From Eremomyces bilateralis CBS 781.70 (taxonomy: Eukaryota): a stretch of DNA of 64,000 nt. Both the position numbers and the translations under genes were made by a program. The DNA is taken from NCBI GenBank assembly GCA_010015585.1, contig ML975149.1; one strand, written 5' to 3'. Below are positions 49,949 to 62,303 of this stretch, in pieces (the stretch's first letter is position 1; the number at the start of each line of letters is the position of its first letter). The notes below the pieces were generated by a model. That model had not been told where the DNA came from. It saw only the letters and a list, made by a program, of their open reading frames with translations, and ran no database searches.

Positions 49949-50280
49949 CAGGCATTTAAAAGAGCGACTACAGGTCAGAACCTCACGGGGTGGCCAATTG
50001 CGAGTGTAAGTTGGCGTACTGCGATACTGCGAGATCCGTATCGGATGTCTGTGGTAGAAAACTCGAATAAGTCGACTCAAGGTTGAACGACCGACATGAC
50101 TCGTGCTCAGTGGTGGTTAGACTGGAGTCTGGGGAAGCAACCGTGGAACTGTTGTGACATCGAGAGATCGTCCCCTCTCTGCTTCCACCACCCCATCTTG
50201 AATAATTATTTGGAGGTTTCATAAACATCAAGAAGCCTAAGAGAATCTTTCCGTGACCCGACACTTGCAAGAAAGTTTTC

Positions 50281-53157
50281 ATGATGTATCTGAATATCGT
50301 TTGTGATCCGCCGCTTTCGCAGTCCACCGTTATCCGCACTGGACAAGCTTCGGTATGGTTGACCTTTCTACGTCCTGCACTGGGAGTCATTCCATACATC
50401 TCTATATTTCATGAAATATCTGTACTATCTCTAGTGAAAAGAAATCTCTCAGACCGCTCATGGATATTGCACTTGTGATCCCTCTTCTTATTCGGACCGT
50501 CAACACACCATCCTGTTACATCGAGCTGACAGCGGTTAGGTCCCCTTTACTGTTGTACTAGAGACCGATCCATCTTCTCAGAAAACCTGGGAAGTTGGAG
50601 TATGGCACAATCTAAATCGAGAACATGATTGGGAGCTTCTCCCTCTATTGGGATCTCACTTCGACACTGAAGTCGTACGTTGCAATATGAACCCGCCATG
50701 GCCATTCAGCTTCTCATGTGCCGCTAGACAACATTGTCGAAGGACAAATCTTCAGTTCGGCGTCAACTTTTCACAGGAAAGCTCTGTGGGATACCGCCGA
50801 AATCCCATCCGGTCTCTTTCACGGTCAAATTCCGAGTAGCGTCTGCTGGACGCGATGACCAATGGCAATGGGTCCAAGACCGATTCTCGCTCGCAGACGG
50901 TCATCTGTACTATGCTGCTCGCAAGCCCAGTTCCGACCTGGATGAGTTTATATCTGGGATGTCGTCCGAACTCGATGTCGGTCGCGAACGCCCTGATACT
51001 GTTGATACTCGACTGTGGCGCGTGACATCCCGAGTCCCTGCTGCCGTAGGCAACAAGTCTTCATTCACCCAGGTGAAACTTGGCAAGGCCATAGCCTTCA
51101 CCAGATGGTTTTCTTTGGTCCGTGTCTGGACGCCGTGGATCGGCCCTCGGCAGGGCAAAGGCCAGTTTAAACTCGACAACGACGCATTCCTGTTGTCGTT
51201 TCTCCGCCACGATGGCCTGCATGTAGTCGCTCTGGCTTTGAGTGGCATCGATGACTCAAGCACCTGGTTCAGGAGCGATGACGAGGGCAATGTCCTTATC
51301 GTGACGAGGAACGATGCTGCGGATCCAGGAAGGAGCCGGGCTCTGGTCGCTGTTGCCGACTCGTTCGAAGTTGCGAATGCTGCTGTGATGTACCACGCCA
51401 GGAAGCTCGTCATGGATCAGGTAAATTCTTGCGATGAAGAACATCGTCAACTCATGACGCAGAATGAAGATGAAATCAAGCCCAAATGGCTGGAAGACTG
51501 GTACGACGGATTTGCGTACTGCACATGGAACGGCCTGGGCCAGGACTTGAACGAGACCAAGATTTATGATGCGCTGGATGCTCTTGAAAAGAATGACATT
51601 CATATTACGAACTTGATCATTGATGACAACTGGCAGAGCCTGGATCGACCAGATCAAGGATCGTCTGAGCGTCGATGGATGGAATTCGAAGCGAACAAGC
51701 AAGGGTTTCCGAACGGCTTGAAGCACACGGTTGACACCATCCGCAAGAAGCATCCAAATGTCACCCATGTCGCGGTTTGGCATGCTCTTTTAGGATACTG
51801 GAGCGCCGTGTCTCCTAATGGCAAGATCGCGAAAGAGTACAAGATACGCAAGGTCCAAAAATCCCCCGGAGTCACCGGTAACGAGTGGCATGTTGTCGAC
51901 GAGCAGGACGTACATCGCCTTTACGACGATTTTTACAAGTTCCTCTCTTCGTGCGGAGTTGACTCTGTCAAGACTGATGCGCAATTCGCCATCGACGAGA
52001 TGACCAACGCCCCCGACAGACGAGACCTGATCCGGCCGTACCAAGATGCCTGGGCTATCGCGATCTTGCGTCATTTCTCGGCGAGGGCCATTTCATGCAT
52101 GTCCCAGGCGCCGGTAATCATGTTCCACTCGCAGATGCCGACAAACAGGCCGCGGATCCTGGTCCGCAATAGCGACGACTTCTTCCCAAATGTCGACAGC
52201 TCCCACCCTTGGCACATCTTCTGCAATGCGCACAACACCTTGTTCACCCAGCACTTGAATGTACTTCCGGACTGGGACATGTTCCAGACCTCTCATCCGT
52301 GGGCACGATTCCATGGAGCGGCTCGATGCGTCAGCGGAGGGCCCATTTACTTTACCGACGAGCCGAACAAGCATGACGTTGGTCTCATTCGGCAGATGAC
52401 CGCGAAAACCATCCGCGGCACCACCTGCATCCTCCGTCCGAGTACGGTCGGAAAGACGACTACGCCGTACGTCACCTACGACGAGGAAGTGCTCCTCAAA
52501 ATTGAAACGTATGTCGGCAACCAAGAAACCGGAACTGGCATTCTAGGGATCTTCAACGTGAGCCGCCGCAGTTTGACCGAGCTCGTCCCGCTCGCCACGT
52601 TCCCTGGCACGGAGGTTGGCCGAAACGCTCGAACGCGACAATACATCGTTCGAGCTCATACCACGAACAAGGTTTCAAAGCCCATGTCTCTGGGCGAGAG
52701 CGATAAGGCCCGTTTGCTCGTGGATATCGAGACTGGTGGATGGGAAATCTTCTCAGCGCATCCTCTTCGTCCGTTCATGCTTCGCCGTCGCCGCGGCAGC
52801 ACCTCCAAAGGGCCGACTCGTATCGCCGTAGCGCCATTGGGCTTGTTGGGCAAGATGACCGGAGCGGCCGCGATCATCGCCACGCAGATTTTCGTCCAAG
52901 ACACGGGTCGATTAAGGGTGTGGGCGAGCCTAAAGGCCCTCGGGACCTATGGGCTCTATATTTCCGACCTGAAGGATCGGAACCTCGAAGAGGACTTCAT
53001 CGCGATGATGTTCGGACGGGCTATCAATCCGGCTGCGGTGAAGAGAAGCGAGACAGATGAGAACGTGCTGGAGATTGACGTGGAGCGCGCTTGGAAGGAG
53101 AGTGGGCGGTCGCCGGGCTGGAGTAATGAATTGGCGGTGGAGGTCTTTATTCGCTGA
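50281..53157 (+). CDS. Raffinose synthase / seed imbibition protein Sip1-like alpha-galactosidase (GH36)
   Basis: YCTWNGLG, LIIDDNWQS, VWHALLGYW, VKTDAQ, RNSDDFFP, PDWDMFQT and HGAARCVSGGPIY. Two short 5' exons (from 50281 and about 50539) splice onto ORF 50734..53157. Confidence 0.95.
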
Positions 53158-53274
53158 TGGACATCGGTTAACAGGGATATCAAATATCCTTCGTGAATGT
53201 TCATCTCGGATGCGCCAGAGCGCGGACTTCAGCACCAGAATCCAGTCTTAAAACGCATCTTTATCACCTATCAA

Positions 53275-54006
53275 TCATCCATGCTCTTTGATCGTCTTAC
53301 TCATAATGAAATATCCACCAATATTTTCCTCTTTCTCTTCGTTTAAAGGCTTCTTCTCGTTCTCATTGCCGTCACGACATCTCAATCGCCGAGTAACGCC
53401 GCCACCAGCCCTGCTCGCCAACACCTCTCTCTTCATCTCCGCTATCTCTTCCGCGGATGGGCTAACCTCATCCACCGCGTACCCCTCCCGGTCATAGAAC
53501 CTTCGTCCCCCTTCATTTTCCTCAAACACCGTCAACATGACCTTCCGCGCCCCGATCCTCGCTGCGATCCCTTCCGCCACCCGCATTAACCGCTTCCCCA
53601 GCCCCTTCGACTGACACGATGGGTCCACATGCACCTCGTACACATAGAGCGCAATGAACGGCGCCGTCGTCTGCGGAGATTGTTCCTCGACCGGGAGAAA
53701 CGACAGGAACGCGATCGCATCGGTCGAGTCCAGCGACTCTGGCCGCACAAGTAGGTATCTCATGCCGTTCTTCCGCATTTCCGCTCGTTTCGCCCGTGGG
53801 CGCCAGCCGAACACGGAGGTTTTGTAAACCTCGGAAGAGGTGAGCTCGACGAGGCGGAAACAGCGCGCGAAGTCGGGTTTGCTGATAGTGTTCCATGACG
53901 AATGGTCGAGGGAATCGATACCCTCGGCGGGCAGATATTTTTCCCAGAAGTCGTCGTCAGGAAGCGCATTTAATTGCTGGAGTTGGTGCTCTACTTCGTT
54001 GGCCAT
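53275..54006 (-). CDS. NAT4: N-alpha-acetyltransferase 40 (NatD, histone H4/H2A N-terminal acetyltransferase)
   Basis: CFRLVELTSSEVYKTSVFGW...KRAEM..MRYLLV, LYVYEVHV, QSKGLGKRLM, KVMLTVF..N..RRFY and DEVSP. Confidence 0.88.
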   Translation of the reverse strand: MANEVEHQLQQLNALPDDDFWEKYLPAEGIDSLDHSSWNTISKPDFARCFRLVELTSSEVYKTSVFGWRPRAKRAEMRKNGMRYLLVRPESLDSTDAIAFLSFLPVEEQSPQTTAPFIALYVYEVHVDPSCQSKGLGKRLMRVAEGIAARIGARKVMLTVFEENEGGRRFYDREGYAVDEVSPSAEEIAEMKREVLASRAGGGVTRRLRCRDGNENEKKPLNEEKEENIGGYFIMSKTIKEHG

Positions 54007-54148
54007 TCTAGGTTACAAGTATGAATAGATATTTGACCGGCTCAGCGAAGACACTTTAGCTGATTGAGAGTTGGTAGATCGTCATTATTGGCCTGTACAT
54101 GTATTTAAATAAATGATTTCGCAGATTTTTGTTCTGGCTCGATCTGTG

Positions 54149-54176
54149 ACGCGATCAAACGCGTCGTTACTACGCG
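54149..54176. promoter_or_regulatory. Cluster of three ACGCG (MCB-like) elements in the NAT4/LYRM2 divergent promoter
   Basis: ACGCG at 54149, ACGCGT at 54159 and ACGCG at 54172, within an intergenic region of about 310 bp. Confidence 0.45.
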
Positions 54177-54314
54177 AGTCATGTAACTAGAATCGTGAGG
54201 AGAACGTTTAGTTAGTTAACTTCATTTGCTGTTCTTCCCTTCCCAAATACATTCAACTAACAGAAATCAACTTTGTCACCATATCCATACACATTTCTGC
54301 ATAGTGTCGATGCC

Positions 54315-54918
54315 ATGATCAGATCGTGTGGTCGCCCTAGAAATGTGCGGTCATTCCACACCAGTTGCTCGAGATTCCGATCGCCTATAAGGCAGTTCGC
54401 GAGCGATGCAACCAGTCGGGATACCGGTGGACGAAAAGGAGTCCGGCTCCCAACACTTGATGAGGCACGCGATCTGATCTCAAACTCAAAGGCAGCGGCT
54501 GACTGTATTGTAGTGGATACAGAGGGAACGTGCTATTTCACTCTGGAGAGATATTGTGAGAGCGATAAACGGTATGTGCCTCTTGGTGTCAGGAGTATCT
54601 CGAATATAAGATGCTAAGGTTGTCTTAGAGGTTCCATCGAAATCGACTAGACAAGAACTACGTGAATTTGCTAGAGGCGAATTCGAGCGCCATAGATATG
54701 TCACGGATATTGTAATGTCCCCAGGCGTTATTCATTCTTTGACCTTACTGACCTGCATGGACAATTAGGGACATATTAGGTACTTGATATCTGTAAGTAT
54801 TGGGGTTTTGGACTTTCTCGGTTGCTATCATGCATGATACGGAATTGACTGACCGACCTAGACCGGGAAAACGGAGTTTGATCATATGAAACGTTACGTC
54901 GAAGAGCAGGCTCGATGA
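54315..54918 (+). CDS. LYR-motif protein 2 (LYRM2-like, mitochondrial)
   Basis: Spliced product ...LPTLDE|WIQRERAISLWRDIVRAINE|VPSKSTRQELREFARGEFERHRYVTDI|GHIRYLIS|TGKTEFDHMKRYVEEQAR*. Four introns, the first GC-AG. Not captured by the ORF track. Confidence 0.88.
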
Positions 54919-56120
54919 CGCTGAGTATAAATATGAGCCATCCGCAGGTGGAATCCTCGCTTTGCGACCTGCCCGAAGTCAGTTATATCAAATTCACGCT
55001 GTCGCTTTTAAGGAACGAAAGACCGTTCTTTCAAGCGGTAGAGAGCAATGCCAATCCCCTTGGAAAACCGATGGCAAAAGATCGGAAAGGCGCCGCAGGA
55101 CGGAACTGGGCGTAGAGCCCACCCCACGCCTTCGGCGATTTGAGAGGAGGATGCCGCACAAGCCCTGGTACTCTGTGGTCTGGCGCAGCGCATAAAATTC
55201 GGTACGGACCACAGGACGAGAAGAGCAAATCCGCTGGTGATGCCTGTGGTCGTTCACGATTTGACTCGTTTCAAGGCCGAGCTAGGGAGCGTAGGTACGG
55301 CCCCAGGATTGCGCCGATGGACTACTTGGCTATCGCCACCACATCAAGAACACACCACCGTGGCAGCGTCGAGGAATCCGCCGGCTAGAAAATCCTGCGT
55401 CTTGTTCGGCTTGGGTTACTATAGCTCATGCTTCATACCGAAAGGTGCGGTGGGTCGATGCAAGCGGCGCCCGCAGCCATACGGTGATGTTAGGCAACAT
55501 ATCTCTAATGCTGCTGCGAAGTGGGAGCTACTCTCGTCAGCTTATGCATGTGGATCATATTAGGTTCCTCTATCACCAGCGGAAACGAAGTTGGGCTTGA
55601 TGTGACTTCGGGAAACCGGAATCGCAGCACGGCGGGCAGGCGAGGACGGCCAGCTTGACAGCCGAAATATGAACTACTGCGAACGAATAGAATTATTCAA
55701 TCCTTGCGTTAAGCTTCATTTTTCGGCCCCTCGCGGTATCACTCGTTCCATACTCCAACAGCTCCTCATTGAGGTCGAACAGTTTGTCTACCAGGTTTTT
55801 ATCACAGCCATCATCCGCTTCCTTGCAAGTGATTCATACTTTCAATATGCTTGACCCAGTCTGCATACCGGGATGCTAAGCATGAACGGCACGAACCTCG
55901 TTTCCAGAACAGGTCTGGCAGGGTGCCACATCTCTCGAACACATTCAAGATCGATACCGCAGCGAAGTCTGAAAGACAACGCTCCAATCCCGGCTGTTGT
56001 TCCTTGCCCTCACTATACAGAGTCCAGCCGTCCCAACTGGGGTGCTCAGTGGCGATGCCGACTACCCTGCAAGACGGCCCTCTTGACCGTATGATGCGAC
56101 TGGAAGTTGGAAAGCTGGAT

Positions 56121-56726
56121 TCATGGAGCACCCTGACCATCGGGCAGCACCGCTACTAAGAGAGCCACCATATCTAGATTTTCGCCGTTCTCAAACGCCT
56201 CATCGCGGGGAACGAAGTAGTAGTGGTTGTATCCTGACCCGAAGACGGTCATGTTTCTACCAGCAACAGCACTGGAGGCGTTTGGAGCCTCATACCAAAA
56301 CTGCGAAGTGACCGTGACGACCGCCGCTTGCCGCTGAGTTAGCTGAAAGCTAAGATACGCCTGAAACAGTGGCAAGTCATTAAATAAGGTATCCATGTGA
56401 TGGCTCAATCGTCAGTACGCTGCGTGGGCAAAATACTGGGGTTGCTGTGACTGACAGCAGTGTAAGATTTGATAGAGAAGAGACCACAGGTTCTGGTCAT
56501 AGTCCACGCTGATATGTTTGGAATGCCGTTCAGAGTCCCTCGAGACAAGGCCTAGTAGGGCGAATACTTTATCGTGCGGAATCATACAACCCAGCTTGCT
56601 GAAATTGCCGAAGATGGACTCAAAGTCCTTCAATGCACCTCCGTACCATTGATTCTTCAACATCGAGATCCAAGGCCAGTGGAGATCAGTCAAGTCTTTC
56701 TCATCGATCTTGGTGTTGGTGGTCAC
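56121..56726 (-). pseudogene. Remnant of a HET (heterokaryon incompatibility, HET-6-like) gene, post-HET-domain part
   Basis: FSKLGCMIPHDKVFALLGL...ISVDYDQ matches the C-x-DPxDKV(F/Y)ALLGL..I.VDY block that follows HET domains. In-frame TGA stops at 56412 and 56121, and no HET core is found upstream. Confidence 0.6.
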
Positions 56727-57441
56727 ATGGCGATATCCAACGTCATGGATATGGTCTTCCTTAATAGGGGATTATAGAAACTGACGCTTCATATACCATA
56801 ACTAAGTCAGAATGTCGCCAAGAAACGTGGACTATCTGCCCCGGCAGACTTTGGATTAACTGGGACATATAATGGATTTCGCGGTTGGCTACGCACGTGC
56901 TTAGAACAACTGAAGCTTGCGGCCTTCTACAAGGTAGTTCGTTGCTAACTTCGATATTCAGGCACAACTGAAATGACTCTAAACCCCAGAATTGAGAGCT
57001 GGATTACTCCGTACCTACCTTCAAATCCCAAACATTTAATAACCCCAGCCGGCCGGGAGACGTCTAACGCACTTCACGTGATCTCGGCCTCACCAATGAC
57101 CCTGTCTGAAGGTGTCAGAGATCAGGATTTCAGGATATCTCTGTTTTTCGCCAGTTGCCGGTTTCGTACCCGTTACCCTCGTGTATGGCTTGTTTTGGTG
57201 GACCAGACCCCGTATTTGCCGTATTCTCCCCCACGGAACCGTGTCTCGCATCCTATAGTGTAACAGACCCCTCGTTCTTTGCCTATTGAGGAAGTCATGG
57301 CCTACGTGGCCATGATCTGTATACAGAATATAAGATGGGCGTTTTCGTGGTTTTCACGCTCACCAGGCCCAGAAGGAGCTTTTTAGCTGAGCCAGCGCAT
57401 TCATCTTCTTTGCATACACAGTCGGCTAAGGAAAAACAATC

Positions 57442-58216
57442 ATGGCAGCACCCTCATCACCATCACCAGTCCGCGCCTCCCCAAAAGTCATCGACTTACT
57501 CACTCGACTGCACAAACAATCCATAGACCAAGATCCTGAAGTCAACGCGACCCTAAATTCAGCCATCGAACTCCGCAAACATGATCCCACCGAACTCCAC
57601 AAACATGATCCCATCGAATCCACTCGCGAGCTTAACGAGCTGATGCTGGATAAGTTCGTCGCGTTGGATCAAGACAAATGCGAATTTTTGTACCAACTCG
57701 TTCTCGCTACCGGAGCCAAGCATGTTGTTGAAGCCGGGACGAGCTTCGGCGTGAGCACTATCTACCTAGCGCTCGCTATATCTGAGAACTCGAAGGAGGG
57801 AAAGGTTATTGCAACGGAAAAGGAGGCTAGCAAGGCGGCAAGGGCGAGGGAGCATTGGAGGGAGGCTGGGGAGGAGGTTGAGAAGTATATTGAGCTTAGG
57901 GAGGGTGATTTATTGGAAACGTTGAAGAGTGGTCTTGAGAAGGTAGACCTTCTACTGCTGGATAGTGAGTCATCTCCATCATGGCACGATCGCGGCTAAT
58001 GTGGCGTCATCAGTTTGGACTCCCCTGGTGCTGCCGACGCTGAAGACTGTGCAAAGTTGTTTAACGCCAGGTGCGGTGATTGTGGCCGACAACACTATCT
58101 CTTCTGCGGCCGGATACGCGGACTTCTTGAGTTATGTTCGCGATCCGGCAGGGCCGTTTAGAAACCTAACTCTACCATACACGAATGGTTTGGAAGTTAT
58201 TGTGTATAGGCCATAA
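57442..58216 (+). CDS. Class I SAM-dependent O-methyltransferase
   Basis: DKFVALDQDKC, VVEAGTSFGVSTIYLALA, LREGDLLETL, LLLDIW and GAVIVADN. Intron 57965-58013. Confidence 0.92.
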
Positions 58217-60479
58217 ACCCTCTACCACGTCAGTCTAGCCAGTAGAATTGAAAGCACGAATCTCATCCTCTGAGATGTAGAATAGGTATTTGTACGGCTC
58301 TAGGGTATCCGCTGGCTATGAGTCTAAGTACTGGAGAGTGGTGAAATATACCTAGTTAACTTAACTTAACTTAGTTAACTAATTACTATTTAAGACTAAA
58401 TCTCCATTTCACAAACCCACAGACTTCAATGGCATGCTTTCTACCTTTACCAACGCCCAACGCTGATCAAAATGCAGTTCATATTTTATCTAAAACTTCG
58501 GGGAGAGGATTGCCGGCATTCGTTTTCGCATTTTGAATTGTGTCAGGTCAGTCCTTTTAGTCCTAAATTCGTATACTGCGAGGGCTGCTATGATCAGATT
58601 GTAGACCATGGACACCGTCCGTAGATGCAGTAGGGACAAGTTTTACAATATGTTGTTAAATCCTCTCCGCCGAGGGAAATCTTCTTACAACCAAGACATG
58701 AGCAAGCAGTGTAAAGGCCCAGATGCTCGTTCCATTCCATCCGGGGACATTTAGAGACGTCGCAGCTCAACCGATGACTCTCAAATTCAGAGTAGCTCTC
58801 CCAAAACACGAAGCATCGCGAACATCGATAAGTACTGCTGACTTGAAGATGCGAGTCGTTGCCTCTGATGGAAACCCGCTTTATACAATTATGACAAAAT
58901 TCAGAAGTGCAGCTGCTGCACCCGCGATGTATCCTCCTGTCATCGACCGGCATCAATCCATAGAGTGAGGGGCGTCTCGGAGAAGCAAGTCAATAGGAAG
59001 TCGAACAGGTTGCGGCGAACTGTGGAGCTCTTTTGATTTACACGTATCTCGAGGCTCGCCGTTGAAGGGCCTCACACGTAAGAACCGGCGATGTATTTGC
59101 CTTCTTTCTTCTTGATCAATGTGTTGAATAGCTCCAATTAATTGTTCGCCCTATTTGGATAGGCAATAAACGTAATAGTCGGGAGTCGTCACTAGATTTG
59201 AGTGGAGCATACTCGAGCGTCGTACTGGCCATCTTGATAGCCCGGAGACGCTCATTATTCTAGCCTAATGCCAGACCTGGATATTTCCGGGTACAGGAAT
59301 AAATATAATCGCATCTTACAAGCCGTCATGTCAAGAGAGGGGTCCTAAAGCCCCGAGTTTTACAGACGCGAGGATATCGTCACAGATACAGTGTACACAG
59401 TCACTTCTTCATACTTTACACGGGATGTTATCGGGGCAAGTCGATCACCTGTGTAGTACATTGCCGCCATCATGCCCCTAACGAAGTGCCTGAAACAGTT
59501 GCGAGAGGAGTCATACCTGGCCTTGAACTGGTGAGGATGACTGAACATCATATTGGGAAATTTAGGTACCAGCAAGGTATTTAGCCATAGCCTCCTCGAT
59601 TAGACCATTTTACCGTAGCGTCTCCAAAATAGAAGCATCTACTCTGTACTTTTGAAGCCTCAAGCCCACTTGTTCGATGTCTGTAACTGACGACCATCAG
59701 CTTCAAGGTGGCTTCACTCATTCAAGCAAACCCAACACCAAATATCAATTCAACCATTCCCTAGGCATGTGAGTTCGACTCGGAAGCCAGTAAGACTTTG
59801 GACTATCGTTCCAAGAAATTTTCAACTTTTGTCAGACGAGGGATGCTGTTTTCGGGTGAGGGGGAGGATCACTATGAGTATAAGTGTTACAACTGGGATC
59901 CTGACGTATAGGATGGGGGTTTGAATTCTATTCTAGATATACAGTGATACTAATGCTCTCTAGACTACAAGTATTAATACATCAGCGATAGCCTGCGCAA
60001 ACAGTACGTCACGTTCTGATCCATTGCTCAATACACGAACAGGCTCGGCTAGAGCTATTCGCACGGATCCAAACACAGGACCTGCTAGAAATCCTCTCCA
60101 ACCCAGCGAGTGCAATAGCGGCGGCCCGCTGGATAGTCGCACGCAACCTACTCCTACAATTCCAGTTCGCTAGCAAGATCGAAGAGGAGGACCGTTCCGG
60201 GTTCGCACCGTTCCAAGAGATTAGAGACGAATAGGGGGAAGGGAGAAGAATGGGATACGCCTGCGTAATACAGGTGGTTCGCAAGATATCCGCGAGAGCG
60301 GAAGCAGTGGTTCCCAGCAGTGAACAACAATTGAGGATAAAAATAGGGCTAAAGCGGGTAATCCGCCGTAGCGCCAGCGTGGTTTTCTAAAACGATTTCC
60401 CTACGGGGTTTTTTGTCCTCCATAGTAGCGACACAGCCTGCATGGACAAGATAGGACCGTATCAGGCGTTAAATAGACC

Positions 60480-60510
<31 letters not shown>
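60480..60510 (+). repeat. (AAT)n microsatellite, about 10 units
   Basis: aataataataataataataataataataata, just downstream of the FPGS stop codon. Confidence 0.95.
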
Positions 60511-60511
<1 letters not shown>

Positions 60512-60569
60512 ACCAGCGAAATACTTGGCTCGTTGATTCATCACATATCAACAAGCTCAATAAGCATGA

Positions 60570-62303
60570 TTATTGTGTACCGGCACTCTCGATAACTTCT
60601 AAGAATCCTCCCACAAGGTGCAAGCTGCCTGTCACCAACACCTTTGCTTCCGTCTTCCCTGCAATTTCCCTCGCTTTCCCGACCGCCGCTTCAATACTGG
60701 GGAATATAGAAATCTCGGACGTCCCGTCCAGCTGCTTCCACACCTCCGCGAGCTGTTTCTGGACGGTCAACTCGGTGACCTGAGTGGCAGAAGCGTTGAG
60801 CGAGGCGAGGTCGGGCTTGTAGCCACTGTGGGAGGTCACATTGGTCGTGAAAATGACGTGGGTGAATGGACTTCTCGTGTTGAGTTTCGCATGCAGGGTG
60901 GTATGAAGAGCCGGTAGGAGGGTGTTCGGATCCCGAGTTTGCTGGTTGAAAAGGAGAATACGCGGTGGAATAGAAGCAGAGCTATTGCCACCATCCGTTG
61001 AGGAGGCTTCCTGTACTTGAGAAGCAAACCAAGTTGCCGCGACTCCAATGCTGTCCAGTGTATGTCCACCGTCGATATGCCATTTGATCTCCGATAGGGC
61101 TGGGTCGTCTTGCCGAATCTCACAACGGCCAGGCCATTTTACCGTCTCCAAGCCTCTCTGGAACCCCAATGGGAGCGATCCTGTGGTGAGGTCTTCTGTT
61201 GACGGCACCGTAGCAATGCCTGTTGATCTGAGATACTCTCCAGCCACGGCGACAGCGAGACTCGCGTTGCTCTTCTGGAAATCAGCGGCGAGTCCGAGTT
61301 TTAACGTCTCGACCTGCGGATGCCTCTGCACCACGGATAATGGGATGCCCTTCTCATCTGCCCGCTTCCTCAACACTCCCACCGCTGCTTCCGGTTGTGG
61401 GGAGGTGAACGCTAGCACACCAGGCTTGAAGATCCCAGATTTATGCCATGCGATCTCCTCGATCGTTCCGCCGAGCAAATGGACATGATCAATCCCGAGG
61501 CTCGTCACCGCGGTCGCGGCCGGAGAAACAATGATGTTGGTGCTGTCGTACTCCCCACCAATCCCGCACTCGATGACCGCGGTATCCACACCTTCGGATA
61601 AGAAGGTGTGGAAGGCCATGAGCGTGAGGTAGCGAAAATAGACCGGCTTTGCTCTTTCTTTCAGTCGCTTTGGCGGCCCCATCTTCTTCTCTGCTTCCTC
61701 GAGACGATCCCATACTTCAAAGAAATATTGTGCAAAGAGCGGTTCGGAGATGGGCTCATTGTTGATCTGGATTCGCTCGCGGACGGATCGGAGGTGGGGA
61801 GAGGTATATAATCCAACTTTGAGTGGCCGAGACGAGACCTGGTATTGCGTGAGGATGGACGAGACGAAGGCGCTTGTTGAGCCTTTTCCCTTCGTTCCGC
61901 TGATATGAATCGGTTTCAATCGATTGAACTCCGATGGCTATTTGGGGTTGTCAGCCCTATATTCCTTCATCCAAGGCCTGGGAGCCGCACACCTCATATC
62001 CCACCCTCCGCGACCAGTCGATCATCTCCGGGATCGCTTGCTGGTTGAGCTGGAGTCCATCCTGGCGAAACTTCTCCAAGACCTGGAAATTTGTCTGCAG
62101 TGTGTTCAACGCGGCCACGGCTGCCTATGCAACTACATCGTTAGCCGAGGGACTCCAAAACTTAGGGTTTCGAGATGGCGATGACGGACACTGTAGTCTC
62201 GTGCCATGGTGGCGTATGTGCGGTACGCGTGGTATTTTCTCGGCGGTAGGATAGGTGTATGACGCGCAAGCGTTGCCAATTTAAAAGGAATGGCTATTCG
62301 CAT
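60570..62303 (-). CDS. MET7: Folylpolyglutamate synthase, with a predicted mitochondrial presequence and a second start at 62207
   Basis: ALNTLQTN, IHISGTKGKGSTSAF, GLYTSPHL, ECGIGGEYDSTN, LGIDH, WPGRC, DGGHT and VLVTGSLHLVGG. Two introns near the 5' end. Confidence 0.96.

Noticed and set aside
58351..58392. AT-rich TTAAC/TTAG repeat with palindromic character
   Set aside because: A short low-complexity tract with no associated element; not telomeric TTAGGG and not a CRISPR array.
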